Assembly: GCF_006345805.1 (NCBI RefSeq)
Contig: NC_043000.1
Location: forward strand, 64,976,001 to 65,040,000
DNA from: Octopus sinensis
Lineage: Eukaryota
DNA length: 64,000 nt
Direction: 5' to 3'
In this document: one piece after another, positions 62,421-64,000 of the stretch
Position numbering within the stretch: the first letter of the stretch is position 1
Layout of the letters: every line of letters begins with the position of its first letter
Notes under the pieces: generated by a model
The model's input: only the letters and a program-made list of their open reading frames with translations
The model's database searches: none
What the model was told of the DNA's origin: nothing
Program-made: the position numbers and the translations under genes

Positions 62421-63539
62421 AACTTTTATTTTCCAAATTAATAATAGGCTATTAAAATAAGTTTCCGGACATCTATATTTAACATGTTCGTGTACACACA
62501 AATATAAAAAGACTTACGCTGCGGTAAATGCCTGGGAAGAAAATTTTTTTTGTAAAACTGCCGTTCATAAATTTGCTGACAAAACTTAACACACACCAGC
62601 AAATTTATTGTTTACTGTGTATATATAAGAGCGGTAGTTCTTAGTAGACTATGGACGATAGATTCCTTGTTGCTGATGAAACGTAACGACGCAGAAACAC
62701 GCGTCCTACAATCTGATGACGTAATTCACGGCTAACTCGGCGTGTTTTTACATACATTCTCTGTAAGGAGAATTTCTCTTCCTAGATACTTAACGTCGTG
62801 ATTGTCTTTCTATGTTTGAAGGTACACGGACATGTTAAAAATATAAATGCACACAACCTTATTTTAATCATGACTGCCTAGTGTGCCTTTAACTAATAGA
62901 ATTCTATAATGGGATTTGAAGCCTATTTATCAAAACTTTATTTGCTTAAAATTATCCGAAGGAAAAGAATTGGCTTCCATATCCAGCGATTGCAGATTTA
63001 AAATCAAGCCCGCATACATAACGGACATAATCGACACTGTCGGGTTGGTCAAATGGGTATTTACAGATTGGTATTAAGTTTAGCTGCGTGTTGTCCCACA
63101 ATAAGCCAACTCCGAACGTTGTTAAAATGTCATTAGTTTTTATCGAATATTATTATAGCAGAGTAGTGTGGTGTGTTAGAGACGAATGAAGTTTGCAATT
63201 CCATAACAAACAGATGGGATTAAATCACGTGAGAGGCGGGAATAATGTTCTGACCATCTTAGTTGAAGAATCTTTTTAACTCGGAGGTGAACTTCATCCA
63301 AGGAAAACTTGTCGATATTATAACGAACCTAGTGTGAGTATATCTTCTCTTGTACTTTCGGGGTACAAGAAAGCAATCACTAGCCGTTGCTTTAATAATC
63401 CAGAATTCTACCAGTCAGAAACAACAAGACGCAGACGTAAATAATATATATACTACTTTATTCTCTAATGTGGTAACAGTAACAATAAGTGGTTATCTGA
63501 TGTCCTTGGTTCTGGGCGCGCAAGGCTGAAAGTTAATCG

Positions 63540-64000
63540 ATTGTAATATTTACAATGTTCAGCCGCTAAAAACAGAACGGGTTAAAGATGGCGGCGAACA
63601 ATGGAGACGATGTTGGTCTGCAACAATTTGGTTAAAGGCCTTTTGGTAAGGTGCTGCTAGAATCAAGTCCAGACGGAGAGAAAATATTTCGTGACCGTCG
63701 CCTTCAGTCGCTGCTGTCTCAAGTCCCCGCTGACTGCTGCTAGTGGTCAAACGTTCTACGACCCCCTTGCCTTGGCTAACTACCACGTAGGCAAAAGGGT
63801 CGTGCTTCCGGTGGTTCGCGCATGCGCGAGAGGGCCCTTCCTTTCTGTGCCTTGGTGAAGGCACCAACACTCGCACGCGCGAAATAGAAAATGGACGGTG
63901 CGCGCGCGCGCACCGTTATAGGATCACTACAAGGCTCCCCTCCAGTGCGTACGCACGAAGGAAACTTATTGTAGTGACTGCAAAACTCAAGGTGGATACC
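63540..64000. promoter_or_regulatory. CpG-rich housekeeping/bidirectional-type promoter candidate
   Basis: YY1-like AAGATGGCGGC at 63585-63595; ETS-like CTTCCGG at 63805-63811; NRF1-like TCGCGCATGCGCGA at 63816-63829; ACTACA motifs near 63926 (+) and 63970 (-); splice donor G|gtaagg at 63646. Confidence 0.5.

Noticed and set aside
63720-63730. AAGTCCCCG resembling RNase MRP CR-I
   Set aside because: It lacks the preceding GA, and no complementary GGGGCU CR-V is visible downstream in the window.
63559-63876. 105-aa minus-strand ORF
   Set aside because: Expected by chance in GC-rich sequence; no recognisable motif.

Overview
AT-rich eukaryotic genomic DNA, dense in microsatellites and SINEs. 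The repeat landscape suggests an octopus or other coleoid cephalopod; this is inferred, not proven. The window holds one reconstructable protein-coding gene on the + strand (CDS 15406-54771, 8 coding exons, all introns GT-AG phase 1, 379 aa). It encodes a secreted pleiotrophin/midkine (PTN/MDK, miple) family protein with an unusual build: signal peptide, one vertebrate-type 6-Cys N-domain, five tandem 4-Cys C-domains each on its own exon (two with RGD, one with KGD), and a divergent terminal 4-Cys domain. The rest is mostly decayed mobile DNA: Tigger/pogo, a CR1/L2-type LINE, Penelope-like elements (one with a 5' inversion), a hAT/Buster transposase, piggyBac-, mariner- and hAT-type MITEs, and tRNA-derived SINEs. 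Intron 6 contains two long palindromes, one carrying a hammerhead-ribozyme-like fold. The last ~450 bp is a CpG-rich, palindrome-dense, promoter-like or structured region. Everything was read by eye; no searches or folding programs were run, and repeat boundaries are approximate.
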